From: an uncultured Gammaproteobacteria bacterium | Lineage (GTDB): Bacteria; Patescibacteriota; Patescibacteriia; Magasanikbacterales; JBBTQS01 | Assembly: GCA_964627525.1 (NCBI GenBank) | Contig: CAZVIA010000002.1 | Coordinates: 59,262 to 123,261 of the forward strand | DNA length: 64,000 nucleotides | Direction: 5' to 3' | Shown here: piece by piece, positions 8,950-18,621 of the stretch | Layout: each line of letters opens with the position of its first letter | How positions within the stretch are numbered: position 1 is the stretch's first letter | Notes under the pieces: model-generated | Told to the model about the DNA's origin: nothing | Seen by the model: the letters and a program-made list of their open reading frames with translations, nothing else | Database searches by the model: none | Position numbers and translations under genes: made by a program

Positions 8950-8988
8950 TTTATAGGCGAAATTTGCTGGGCAAATTTCGCCTATAAA
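8950..8988. repeat. REP-like palindrome, copy 2
   Basis: TTTATAGGCGAAATTTGC-TGG-GCAAATTTCGCCTATAAA; compensatory G/C change relative to the other copies. Confidence 0.8.
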
Positions 8989-9001
8989 AACCCAATTAAA
9001 A

Positions 9002-10306
9002 TTAAGTATTTAACCACTTTCCATATTGCCGAGCCAATAATCGACCAGACTCCAAAGGATGTGCCATCACTTCTTTAACAATTTTTTCCATTCGCATTGC
9101 TGCAGAACCTTTTACTAAAATCAAATCACCTTGTTTAATTTTTTCCTGAATAAACTTTCCAGCAACCATACTGTCTGCAAATTTTGCAATTCTATGTTCT
9201 TCAAAACCAGCTTCTTGTGCTGCTATTGCAATATGTTTTGCAGCTTCACCAACTGTCACCAAAAAATCCACACCAGCTTCAACCAAAGCATAACCCAACT
9301 TACGATGTTCATCTTCTGTCATTGGTCCCAACTCAAGCATATCTCCTAACACTAAATATTTTTCTGGTTTAATTCTTGAATCTGCACCTTCAGGCAATTT
9401 TATTTCAGACAAAACCTTTAGTGCAGCATTTGCAGCAACAGGAGATGAATTATAAGTATCATCAATTATGGTTGTATTTTTAATTCCAGAAACCACATGC
9501 ATTCGTCCTGGTGCTGGAGTGTATTGTTTTAATCCTTCAGAAATCTCAATCATGTTCATTCCATAAAACAAACCAACTGCCACAGCAGACAACGCAGGAT
9601 AAATATGTTGCCTTCCTAAAACATTTGGTAAAAACATCGGAATGTTTGAACCACCATATGCAATCCTAAAATTAATTCCATTTGGCTTAGAGTTTTCACT
9701 ATAAGAAACTACTGCATCACTACCTTGAATCATTGCATCACCACCAAAACCAAATGTATACATTTGGCATTTAATTTTTGGCTCAACAGCCAACACTCTT
9801 TCATCATCTGAATTTAAAATTGCTGCACAATCCCCAGTCAAAGAAGTTAAAACCAGTTGCTTTTCTTTTGCTACACGTTCAACAGTTTTAAAATACTCAA
9901 CATGAGTTGGTGCAATAGCTGTTAGCACCCCAACTTTTGGTGGACAAAATTCTAACAAATACTGAATATCTCCTGGCCGATCTGCACCCATTTCAACAAT
10001 TAACATTTCCGGATAATTTTCATCTTTAGAAAAAATCAATCGCAAGCATTCATAAAAAACAGCGACCCATCCTGTGATAGATCGCCCCGGACTTTCCATT
10101 CCAACAATTGTCATTGGCACACCAATTTGATCATTATAACTACGAATTGCTTGGCGCACTCTGAACTTATGAGTTAGAGCTGAAAAAATTGCTTCTCGCG
10201 CAGAAGTTTTTCCAACAGAACCAGTGATAGCAATTACCTCTGGTTTATATTTCTTTAAAATCTTTTTACTGCAAAATCTTAACAGCCAATGTATTATTGA
10301 TCTCAT
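9002..10306 (-). CDS. murF: UDP-MurNAc-tripeptide:D-Ala-D-Ala ligase
   Basis: ITGSVGKTS, EMGAD.PGDI, IIDDTYNSSP, LGDMLELG, LVKGS. Confidence 0.93.
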   Translation of the reverse strand: MRSIIHWLLRFCSKKILKKYKPEVIAITGSVGKTSAREAIFSALTHKFRVRQAIRSYNDQIGVPMTIVGMESPGRSITGWVAVFYECLRLIFSKDENYPEMLIVEMGADRPGDIQYLLEFCPPKVGVLTAIAPTHVEYFKTVERVAKEKQLVLTSLTGDCAAILNSDDERVLAVEPKIKCQMYTFGFGGDAMIQGSDAVVSYSENSKPNGINFRIAYGGSNIPMFLPNVLGRQHIYPALSAVAVGLFYGMNMIEISEGLKQYTPAPGRMHVVSGIKNTTIIDDTYNSSPVAANAALKVLSEIKLPEGADSRIKPEKYLVLGDMLELGPMTEDEHRKLGYALVEAGVDFLVTVGEAAKHIAIAAQEAGFEEHRIAKFADSMVAGKFIQEKIKQGDLILVKGSAAMRMEKIVKEVMAHPLESGRLLARQYGKWLNT

Positions 10307-10307
10307 A

Positions 10308-12080
10308 TTATTCTCTAGTTGGTGGTATCCCTAAATATTTTACCAAAAATTGCGCCATTTTACCAAAATATGGCGCTGCAGTAGATTCAGCCCAAGCTCT
10401 ATTAGGTTTTTCAAACTTTGCAACAATCACAAACTGCGGATCTTCTGTTGGTCCATATCCAGCAAAAGTATGATTAGTATCTTCTAAATAACCACCCTTT
10501 CCTGGAATTTGAGCAGTTCCAGTTTTGCCACCAAAATAATATCCTGGAATTGATGCAACTCTTTTATAAGTTTCTTCAATAACAGAAGTTAAAATACCTG
10601 TAATCAAGTGCGCAGCATGAGAAGAAATCACTTCACGCAACTCTTCTGGCTCAAATTTTTCCACTTCCCCATTTGGATGGCGAATTTCCTCAATAATTCT
10701 TGGTTTCATTAAAATACCACCATTTGCCATTGCTCCATACGAAGCTACAATTTGCAAAGGAGTTACTGTTAAACCCTGACCAAACGAACCAGTAGCCACA
10801 TAAATATCCCCTTCTTTTGACAAAGAACTTATGTTTCCTGCAACTTCAGTGTCTAAACCAATATCAGATTTTTCACCATAACCAAATTTTTCAACATATT
10901 TTCTAAAATCATCTTTTCCTAACTTATCCACAATAAAAAGCATTCCAGTGTTAATTGATTTTTGCAAAACACGAGACATATCAACTGTGCCATAAGTTTT
11001 ACGCAAAGCATTATGAATTGTAAACTTACCTATTTTAACTGACCCTGGATCATCAAAAGTTAATTCTGGAGAAATCACACCCTTATCCAAAGCTCCAGCC
11101 ATTGCAATTGTTTTAAAAACAGACCCAGGCTCATATGCCTTAAAAATTGCCGTATTATTAAAAACATCAATTGAGTCAACTTCATTATATTTATTTGGAT
11201 CAAAATCTGGGTAATTACACATTGCCATTACTGCACCAGTTTTTGGATTTAAAATTATTGAAGTAGCTGATTGTGCCTCAACTTCATCTGCAATTTGCTT
11301 GAGCAATTCGCATGCTTTAAATTGAACAGTTCTATCTAAAGTTAAAATTATATCTGAACCATGTTTTGCTGCTTTATGTTCTTTGTTGGAAACTGGAATC
11401 CACGCACCAAAAGCATCACGTTTTCCTTCTATAAAACCCTGAATACCTGAAAGTATTTCCTGATAATACCCTTCAGCCCCATACATTCCCATTGGTTTTC
11501 CATCTGGAGTTTGTCCATAAAAACCTATCACGTGCGATGCAAAAGTTTTTTCAGGAAAATATCTGTATGGTTTTTTTACAAAATATAAACCAGTGATATT
11601 TTTTTGCTCAATAATTTCTTTTTGCTCTTCTGTAATTTTTTCAGCACCAGAAATCGGGATATAAGGATCATCGGGTTTTTGATCTCTTAAATGATATAAA
11701 ATTTCTAAGCGGCGTTCTATCCCCCAATCAAATACTGGATCTAGATCAACTGCAATTTGATTGTGGTCTGGGTTGTCTCGATTATCTACAAACAATTGAT
11801 AAACATTTCTGTTCATTGCCAAAGGGTAAAGATCATCTGGATTGTTTTTATCTTTAATATAAATTGTTCCTCTGCGCGGCAACAATTGCTTAAAAATGTC
11901 TTGAGTACCACTTGCAAGTGCTGTATAAAACTCATGTTGAACAACTTGCATAATAAAAAGCCGGGCAATCATTGCTACTGCAATAATTCCTGCAAAAAAC
12001 CCAAGTAGCCGCAATCGCTTAATTGCTGGCTCTGTCAAAGGATCTTTTCTGTGTTGAGATCCTGCTTTTGGTTGATACAT
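10308..12080 (-). CDS. Class B penicillin-binding protein (FtsI/PBP2-type)
   Basis: N-terminal TM, RGTIY, EPGSVFK (SxxK), KSIN (SxN), KTGTAQ. Confidence 0.92.
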   Translation of the reverse strand: MYQPKAGSQHRKDPLTEPAIKRLRLLGFFAGIIAVAMIARLFIMQVVQHEFYTALASGTQDIFKQLLPRRGTIYIKDKNNPDDLYPLAMNRNVYQLFVDNRDNPDHNQIAVDLDPVFDWGIERRLEILYHLRDQKPDDPYIPISGAEKITEEQKEIIEQKNITGLYFVKKPYRYFPEKTFASHVIGFYGQTPDGKPMGMYGAEGYYQEILSGIQGFIEGKRDAFGAWIPVSNKEHKAAKHGSDIILTLDRTVQFKACELLKQIADEVEAQSATSIILNPKTGAVMAMCNYPDFDPNKYNEVDSIDVFNNTAIFKAYEPGSVFKTIAMAGALDKGVISPELTFDDPGSVKIGKFTIHNALRKTYGTVDMSRVLQKSINTGMLFIVDKLGKDDFRKYVEKFGYGEKSDIGLDTEVAGNISSLSKEGDIYVATGSFGQGLTVTPLQIVASYGAMANGGILMKPRIIEEIRHPNGEVEKFEPEELREVISSHAAHLITGILTSVIEETYKRVASIPGYYFGGKTGTAQIPGKGGYLEDTNHTFAGYGPTEDPQFVIVAKFEKPNRAWAESTAAPYFGKMAQFLVKYLGIPPTRE

Positions 12081-12086
12081 GAGTAT

Positions 12087-12095
12087 ATTATAGCA
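12087..12095 (-). promoter_or_regulatory. Extended -10 promoter consistent with a leaderless PBP mRNA
   Basis: TGc-TATAAT ends 6 nt before the ATG at 12080. Confidence 0.6.
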
Positions 12096-12101
12096 CTAGT
12101 C

Positions 12102-12130
12102 TTGACTTGTGTGCGATTTATGTGTACAAT
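12102..12130 (+). promoter_or_regulatory. Sigma70 promoter of unit C
   Basis: TTGACT (12102-12107), 17 nt, TACAAT (12125-12130). Confidence 0.75.
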
Positions 12131-12160
12131 TTCGTTAACTTTGACTTTGGGAGGGGGAAA

Positions 12161-12454
12161 ATGGCTGGTGAAAGTAAACAGGATTGTCCTACTGTTGCGG
12201 AGTTTCTGCTACAAGAGGGGTATACAAATGCTGGAGGTCTACTTGGGCACATTGAACAAGGTGGACCAGTCAAACTTGAGACAATGCTGAACCGAGCGAT
12301 TCAGTATGGTTGGCGAGCTGGTGCAGTTGCAACAGATCAGCGAGCTGTAAAAGCCTTGCGATTGTTGGAAGATGCACAGAAAGAGCGAGGTGCTTCGTTC
12401 AGTCCGAAAGAAAAGTTCAACCCATTCTGGAGTTCTGGTGACCATGGTTCCTAG
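12161..12454 (+). CDS. Hypothetical 97-aa orphan protein (unit C)
   Basis: SD GGGAGGGGG just upstream of ATG 12161; own promoter and terminator; less AT-rich than flanks. Confidence 0.75.
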   Translation: MAGESKQDCPTVAEFLLQEGYTNAGGLLGHIEQGGPVKLETMLNRAIQYGWRAGAVATDQRAVKALRLLEDAQKERGASFSPKEKFNPFWSSGDHGS

Positions 12455-12475
12455 ACCTTTGGGTCTTGAGATACA

Positions 12476-12503
12476 CACCCCAAACTTGAACAAGTTTGGG
12501 GTG
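12476..12503 (+). terminator. Terminator-like hairpin of unit C
   Basis: CACCCCAAACTT-GAAC-AAGTTTGGGGTG followed by an A/T-rich tract. Confidence 0.7.
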
Positions 12504-12527
12504 AAATATTTTTATTAAAGTTTTTTA

Positions 12528-12556
12528 TTGATTTTTTGTAGGAAAAAGCGTATAGT
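12528..12556 (+). promoter_or_regulatory. Putative sigma70 promoter of cca
   Basis: TTGATT, 17 nt, TATAGT. Confidence 0.55.
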
Positions 12557-12602
12557 CGCAATAGTTAATTGAATCGCGCTGAATTTTGAATCGCGAAAAA
12601 AT

Positions 12603-14057
12603 ATGAAAATCAAACTACCAAAATTTGTTAAAGAGATCTTGAAAGAAATGAAAAGCTCGGGACATGAAGCTTATCTTGTTGGTGGTTGTGTTCGTGATTT
12701 GCTATTAGGTGTTGAACCATTTGATTGGGACATTGCAACTGATGCTTTGCCTGATGATATAATGAAAATTTTTGCAGAAAGTTTTTGTGAAAATGATTTT
12801 GGGACAGTGACTTTAAAACCAGATGCTGGTGTACCTGATGGACATAAAGTTGAAATCACTCCTTATAGAACTGAATTTGGATATTCAGATAAGCGTCATC
12901 CAGATAAGGTAACGTTTGGTGTGAGTTTGGAGGAAGATTTGTCACGTCGTGATTTTACTGTAAATGCAATTGCTTATAATGGCAGTGAGTTGATTGATCC
13001 TTTTGAAGGTCAGGCAGATATTAAGAAAAAAATCATTCGCACTGTTGGATTGGCTGAAGATCGTTTTAATGAAGATGCTTTACGTTTGATGCGTGCCGTA
13101 CGTTTTGCTACAACTTTAGGATTTAAAATTGAGGATGCAACTTTGGCTGCAGTAAAAAAATTAGCAAAAAATATTGTTGGCATTTCTGTTGAACGAATAC
13201 GCGATGAATTAAATAAAATTGTTAGTTCTGTAAAAAAACCTTCTGCAGGATTTGTACTGTTGCATGACACTGGTTTGTTAAAATTAATTTTGCCTGAATT
13301 TGATAAAGGTCATGGAGTTGCCCAGTGCAAGCATCACATTTACACGGTTTTTGATCATAATATTTATTCGCTGGATTATGCTGCAAAGTATAAATATTCT
13401 TTGGCTGTGCGATGGGCTGCTTTATTGCATGACATTGGAAAACCTAAGGTGAAAAAAGGACGCGGTGAATCTGCAACTTTTTATAATCATGATATTGTTG
13501 GCGCTAAAATGGCGCGTGATATTATGATTGGCTTAAAGTTTCCTAAAGATTTTGGGAAAAAAGTTGTGCTGTTAGTTCGTTATCACATGTTTTTTTATGA
13601 TGTTGGAGTTGTAACTGAAGCATCAATCCGTCGTTTAGTGAAAAAAGTTGGCCAAGAAAATATTCAAGAATTGTTAAAAGTGCGAATTGCTGAACGCAAA
13701 GGATCTGGTGTTCCAAAAGATAGACCATATCGTTTGCGTCATTTGGAATTTATGATTGAAAAAGTTGCGCGCGATCCTATTTCTGTTAAAATGTTAAAGC
13801 TGGATGGTGATTACATGATTGAAAAAATGGGATTTAAACCTGGGCCACGTATGGGTTGGATTTTGAATGTGCTGTTAGAAGATGTTTTAGATGATCCTAA
13901 GAAAAATTTAAAAAAATATTTGGTTGGGCGTGTTAAAGCTTTGGATAAATTAAATGACAAAGAATTGATTGAACTTGCTGAAAAAGCTAAAGAAGTTGCT
14001 GGAGATGAAGAAGAAAAAAATGTTGGGAAGATTAAGGAAAAGTTTTTTGTAAAATAA
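12603..14057 (+). CDS. cca: CCA-adding tRNA nucleotidyltransferase with HD domain
   Basis: LVGGCVRDLLLG, DWDIAT, DLSRRDFTVNA, RFNEDALRLMRA, LLHDIGK. Confidence 0.92.
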   Translation: MKIKLPKFVKEILKEMKSSGHEAYLVGGCVRDLLLGVEPFDWDIATDALPDDIMKIFAESFCENDFGTVTLKPDAGVPDGHKVEITPYRTEFGYSDKRHPDKVTFGVSLEEDLSRRDFTVNAIAYNGSELIDPFEGQADIKKKIIRTVGLAEDRFNEDALRLMRAVRFATTLGFKIEDATLAAVKKLAKNIVGISVERIRDELNKIVSSVKKPSAGFVLLHDTGLLKLILPEFDKGHGVAQCKHHIYTVFDHNIYSLDYAAKYKYSLAVRWAALLHDIGKPKVKKGRGESATFYNHDIVGAKMARDIMIGLKFPKDFGKKVVLLVRYHMFFYDVGVVTEASIRRLVKKVGQENIQELLKVRIAERKGSGVPKDRPYRLRHLEFMIEKVARDPISVKMLKLDGDYMIEKMGFKPGPRMGWILNVLLEDVLDDPKKNLKKYLVGRVKALDKLNDKELIELAEKAKEVAGDEEEKNVGKIKEKFFVK

Positions 14058-14094
14058 GTATTAATAATCATAAATAAACTAATATTAAAAAAAT

Positions 14095-14991
14095 ATGTTT
14101 CATCGAGAATCTGAAGGTGACAAAGAAAAACATGTAAAATGGGAAGCTCCTATTACTGGTGTGGAAAAAACAGAGGTGACACCTATTACTGGTTTAGAAA
14201 AAACCGCCGTAACAACTCCTGACAGTAAAAAAAGAAACAGATTTGATGAGCCAGAAGAAAAACCAATAGATCAAAAAGCTGTTAAAGAAATGTTTGAGCA
14301 AACTCGTTTAGAAGTCACTATTGATTGTTTTAATAATGCTATTAAAATGGGAAATCCTTTTGTGGCTTTTGAAAATTTAGCTACCTTAAAAAGAGTTGGT
14401 TATGATAAAGAAAAACTAGGGGGAATGAAAGACCAAATGATTGACCACCTTGATACCTGGTTGCAACTAAGTGATGAAATGGTTGGAGAAAAACAACGTT
14501 TATCTGTAAATCAAATGAAATCTTTGGTTGAAAGAGATTTGTTTGAACCAGAACTAATGTTGCCAAAAACTCAAGATGAACCATATGGCGAAGCAAGTTT
14601 TGTTGAACCTGAAAGTGAAGAAAGTGATGCGCGCACAATGATTGAAAAACAATCACTTAGCGAAGCTTCTTTTACTCCTACAGAAGCATCTGCCCCTACA
14701 GAAGCATCATTTGAAACCCAAGAAACAACAACACTTGAAACAGTTAGAATTTTGAAAATGCAAGAAAACATCTCTGAAAATAAATGGGCTGCTGTATATA
14801 GTGATCTTAGCGAATTACACAGTGAAGATTCTGATTTATACATAGAACTAAAGAAAAAGGCTTTAGAACAAATGGATGCAAGACTTGCTGATACTGATCA
14901 AGACTTAGGAACTCAATACAAAGCTCGATTAGAACAATTAAAAAGTGACATTGACTCTGATTCTTATTGGTTGGCTAATAGAGCTGCATGA
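14095..14991 (+). CDS. Hypothetical acidic protein with short internal repeats
   Basis: 298-aa ORF; ATGA overlap with murE; PITG.EKT.VT x2 and EAS repeats. Confidence 0.8.
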   Translation: MFHRESEGDKEKHVKWEAPITGVEKTEVTPITGLEKTAVTTPDSKKRNRFDEPEEKPIDQKAVKEMFEQTRLEVTIDCFNNAIKMGNPFVAFENLATLKRVGYDKEKLGGMKDQMIDHLDTWLQLSDEMVGEKQRLSVNQMKSLVERDLFEPELMLPKTQDEPYGEASFVEPESEESDARTMIEKQSLSEASFTPTEASAPTEASFETQETTTLETVRILKMQENISENKWAAVYSDLSELHSEDSDLYIELKKKALEQMDARLADTDQDLGTQYKARLEQLKSDIDSDSYWLANRAA

Positions 14992-16298
14992 TCAAAAAAA
15001 TACTTAAAAAAATCTTTCCTCAAAGCTTGTTACTTTTTTATCATTCTCTACAAAGTAGTTTGGCGAGTTTTTGGTATAAAAACCCATCTTCTAAATTATT
15101 TGTAATCGGTGTGACTGGCACAAAAGGAAAATCAACTTCATGTAATTTTATTTGGTCTGTTTTGCAAGCTGGTGGTTTTAAAACTGCATTAACTGGAACA
15201 GCAAATTTTCGTTTAGGCTCTGAAGAAAAAATGAATCCATATCATTTATCAATGCCTGGACCTTGGGTTATACAAAAATTTTTGCGCAAAGCTGTCGATT
15301 CTGGATGTACCCACGCTATTATTGAAGCAACTTCAGAAGGAATGAAACAACATCGTGAAAAAGGAATTGATTTTAATGTTGCTGTTTTTACTGGTTTGAC
15401 TCCAGAACATTTAGCTTCTCATGGCGGAAGTTTTGAAAAATATCGAGAAGCTAAACAACGTTTGTTTGTTGCTTTAAAAAAATCTCCAAAGTCTGGGAAA
15501 ATTTCAATTTTAAACAAAGACAGTGACCAAGTTAGTTTTTTTGAAAATTACAAAGTTGATGAAAAAATTTATTTTGGTTTAAGCGGTGACGCCAAAGCAA
15601 CTGATGTAATTGCAAGTGAAATTAGTCAGACATCTGATTTTGTGAAATTTAAAGTTGGATCAAAAACTGGATCAGATGATTTTGAAATAAATTTTCCCGG
15701 TGAATTTAATGTGATGAATACTTTGCCTGCAATTGCTATTGGTCAAAAACTTGGAATTAATATTGAAAAAATTAAATCTGGAATTAAATCTTTAAAAACC
15801 GTTGCTGGAAGAATGGAAAAAATTTCTACTGAACAAGATTTTACAGTTTTTGTGGATTATGCACATGAACCAAATTCAATGGGACACTTATTAAATACTT
15901 TAAAAACTGTTGTTGGTGTTGGCAAAAAAATTATTATTTTATTAGGTGCTGAAGGTGGTGGTCGTGACAAAACTAAAAGAGCGCTAATGGGAAAACAAGT
16001 TGCTGAACTTGCTGATTTTGTTGTGGTAAGTAATGTTGATCCTTATGAAGATGATCCAAAAAAAATAATTGAAGATATTGCTGTGGCTTGTGAAAAGTTT
16101 GGGAAAACTCGTGGAAAAAATTTATTTACAATTGAAGATCGTGGTGCTGGAATTGCAAAAGCTTTGTCTTTAGCCAGTCAAGGTGATATTGTTGCGATCA
16201 CTGGAAAAGGCGCAGAACAATCTATTACTATTGATGGTGTTAAATCAGATTGGGATGATCGGATGGTTGTAAAAGAGGAATTAGGGAAAGTAAAATAA
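14988..16298 (+). CDS. murE: UDP-MurNAc-dipeptide:amino acid ligase
   Basis: GVTGTKGKST, EATSEG, PEHL..HG, GRME, VDYAHEP, GGGRD. Confidence 0.92.
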   Translation: MIKKILKKIFPQSLLLFYHSLQSSLASFWYKNPSSKLFVIGVTGTKGKSTSCNFIWSVLQAGGFKTALTGTANFRLGSEEKMNPYHLSMPGPWVIQKFLRKAVDSGCTHAIIEATSEGMKQHREKGIDFNVAVFTGLTPEHLASHGGSFEKYREAKQRLFVALKKSPKSGKISILNKDSDQVSFFENYKVDEKIYFGLSGDAKATDVIASEISQTSDFVKFKVGSKTGSDDFEINFPGEFNVMNTLPAIAIGQKLGINIEKIKSGIKSLKTVAGRMEKISTEQDFTVFVDYAHEPNSMGHLLNTLKTVVGVGKKIIILLGAEGGGRDKTKRALMGKQVAELADFVVVSNVDPYEDDPKKIIEDIAVACEKFGKTRGKNLFTIEDRGAGIAKALSLASQGDIVAITGKGAEQSITIDGVKSDWDDRMVVKEELGKVK

Positions 16299-16356
16299 AA
16301 AAACCCTAGACAAACGTTTCCATAATAAAACGCAAAGTTATGTCCAAGATTTTTTT
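16297..16356 (-). terminator. Long hairpin with T-tract between convergent genes (terminator or small RNA)
   Basis: Minus strand ATCTTGGACA...CGTTT-N8-AAACG...TGTCTAGGGT then a T-run; pairs with G-U wobbles only on this strand. Confidence 0.55.
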
Positions 16357-16420
16357 GTTAATCCAAACTTAGTATATTTTAATAATTTTGTCAAGCTAAT
16401 TTCTACCACTTCTTACCCCC

Positions 16421-16726
16421 CTACTTTCCTCCGTCAAAATCTTCCCAATGCTTTTTCAAATATTCAGTTAAAAATCCTTTCACATCTTTTGCAATATCTT
16501 TTCTCTTTGCATAAGAATCAACAACTTTTGTGACAACTTTATCATACTGCGCTTTTGTAGGTTTTTTTAAACCTTTCATTTTCTCTTGAGCTTCATAAAG
16601 AAGAACATTTGCTTTTTTCTTTAATTCAGCTTTTTTCTTTTTTCCTTCAGGAGTTTCCAAATATTTTGTAGCTAAAACACCTGCGACCAAACCTAATAAT
16701 AATCCCTTAGTAAATTTCTTTTTCAT
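16421..16726 (-). CDS. Small protein with N-terminal TM and basic coiled coil (YtxH-like)
   Basis: GLLLGLVAGVLA..LETPEGKK pattern. Confidence 0.7.
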   Translation of the reverse strand: MKKKFTKGLLLGLVAGVLATKYLETPEGKKKKAELKKKANVLLYEAQEKMKGLKKPTKAQYDKVVTKVVDSYAKRKDIAKDVKGFLTEYLKKHWEDFDGGK

Positions 16727-16739
16727 ATTTTTTAATTAT

Positions 16740-17135
16740 TTATATTGCAAGTACTGCACCTAAAGAAAATCCACCAGCACCTAACATAAACAACATCATG
16801 CAAACTGCAAAAACTAACAGCTCTTTTTCATAACCACCCTTAAAACCTTTTTTAGCTCCAGTCAAAGCAATTGCCACAACCATTATCATTGCAATCAAAA
16901 ATGCCCAAATTGGCGTTAGTAATCCTACTAAAATCAACAAACCACCAAAAAATTCAACAACACCTACAAGAAACACAAACAATCTTGGAGCCGGCACTCT
17001 TAAACTTTTAAATTCTTTAACAGTGGTTTTAATAACTTTTTTATCAAAAAGTTTTGGATAACCATTAACCAAAAAAATCAAACCTATTACCACTCTTAGC
17101 AACAGAAGTGATGTGTGAAGCGCGAGTTCACTCAT
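16740..17135 (-). CDS. DoxX family membrane protein
   Basis: LLLRVVIGLIFL.NG..K, EFFGGLLILVGL.T, GYE, GAG.FSL. Confidence 0.9.
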   Translation of the reverse strand: MSELALHTSLLLLRVVIGLIFLVNGYPKLFDKKVIKTTVKEFKSLRVPAPRLFVFLVGVVEFFGGLLILVGLLTPIWAFLIAMIMVVAIALTGAKKGFKGGYEKELLVFAVCMMLFMLGAGGFSLGAVLAI

Positions 17136-17159
17136 ATAATTATAATAATAAATTAAAAA

Positions 17160-18296
17160 CTAAATTAAATTTTTATAAATGTTGTTGTGGATTTCTGCAA
17201 AATTTTTCCACTGAAAAATTTCCTTAACACGCAAAGTTGCGTTACTAACTTTTTGCTGTTGCAATTGCTCATTACTTAAAGTTTGATCAATTACTTTTGC
17301 AAGTGCATTTATATCCCCAACTGGGAAAAGTATACCACAATTACCATAATCAAGCACATAAGAAATACCCGGAAGATCAGATGCAATACACGCAACACCA
17401 CTTGCCATTGCTTCTAACAAAACCAAACCAAAAGCTTCGCCACGATTTAAAGAAGCTAACACAAATAAATTTGCTTCTTGATAATATTTTGGCAAAGCTT
17501 CTTTTGAAACTGCCCCAGCAAAATCCACACTTTGTTTAACCCCTAATTTTTCAGCTAATTTTATATAATTTTCTTTTAATTCCCCTTCTCCAACCAAAAC
17601 CAACTTTGCAGAAGTTTTTATTTTTGCAAAAGCTTTAATTAAAACATTCACCCCCTTAAATTTGTGCGGCAAATCCATTCCACCAACAAACAAAATTGTT
17701 TTTTGTTCTGAATTTTGATTTTCTGATATTTGCGCGGGGTTTTTTTGCTTTGGAAAAAATCTATTGCTATCAACACCAAATGGAGCTAACACACATTTGT
17801 CTAAGTTTTTCTCAAAAAACTTTTTATTAGAATTAGCCAAAGCATATTCTTTTGAACTTAAAAAAATTTTGTCTGCTTTGGCGAAAATTTTTGAAGCAAA
17901 AATTTTCGCATAAATATAATAAAGTATTCCCCTCACACCACCTGCCATAGCATCCATATGATAAGTAATATAAAACGGTTTTTTATATTTTCTTTTTAAG
18001 CGCAAAACCTGTTCAGCACTACCAAAAAAAGGATAATGCAGATGTACAATATCATTGTTTGCAAACGCTGGCTCAAGATCAATTCTTCCAGCATTCCCTA
18101 TTCTCCAAAAAGTTTTTCTATTTTCTAAACAAAAAATCTCAACTTCATAACCCAACCCCTGCATTAATTCAGAATGTTTTTGCGCAACATAACCAATTCC
18201 TCCATGATATGGAGGAAAAGCACAAGAAATTATTGCCAATTTTTTTGACTGATTTAACCTACTTTCTTTATTTAGATTGTTCTTTTCGTTTTTCAT
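17160..18296 (-). CDS. Glycosyltransferase family 4
   Basis: FPPYHGGIG, KGV..LI, EAFGLVLLEAMASG (EX7E). Confidence 0.92.
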   Translation of the reverse strand: MKNEKNNLNKESRLNQSKKLAIISCAFPPYHGGIGYVAQKHSELMQGLGYEVEIFCLENRKTFWRIGNAGRIDLEPAFANNDIVHLHYPFFGSAEQVLRLKRKYKKPFYITYHMDAMAGGVRGILYYIYAKIFASKIFAKADKIFLSSKEYALANSNKKFFEKNLDKCVLAPFGVDSNRFFPKQKNPAQISENQNSEQKTILFVGGMDLPHKFKGVNVLIKAFAKIKTSAKLVLVGEGELKENYIKLAEKLGVKQSVDFAGAVSKEALPKYYQEANLFVLASLNRGEAFGLVLLEAMASGVACIASDLPGISYVLDYGNCGILFPVGDINALAKVIDQTLSNEQLQQQKVSNATLRVKEIFQWKNFAEIHNNIYKNLI

Positions 18297-18621
18297 CAAC
18301 AAAATCTTTTAATGCATTTTGCCTAACAATAGTTGTTAAATGATCTTCCATTTTTTCCAATCTAACAAAAACCCTAAAAACCAAATAAAAAATCACAACA
18401 ATTGAAATATAAACAGCTGTATCAACCCCTCTTCCAATCCCAACTAAATCAGCTAATCTGTTTAATAATTCTGGCCACAAAGCAAAAATAATAACACAAG
18501 CCCAAATAATAACTCCCAACACTGCTAAAGCATATGATAATTCACGTTTTCTTACTCTTACAAAAATCCTAGACAAACCAAACAAGGAAAACAAAATAAA
18601 GAAAATTTTTATAATACTCAT
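18268..18621 (-). CDS. DUF2304 family membrane protein
   Basis: LADLVGIGRGVD motif; lies directly after a DPM-like GT2. Confidence 0.85.
   Translation of the reverse strand: MSIIKIFFILFSLFGLSRIFVRVRKRELSYALAVLGVIIWACVIIFALWPELLNRLADLVGIGRGVDTAVYISIVVIFYLVFRVFVRLEKMEDHLTTIVRQNALKDFVDEKRKEQSK

Noticed and set aside
12569-12596. Direct repeat TTGAATCGCG x2 in the cca leader
   Set aside because: Only two 10-nt copies and no other occurrence noticed; too weak to call an operator
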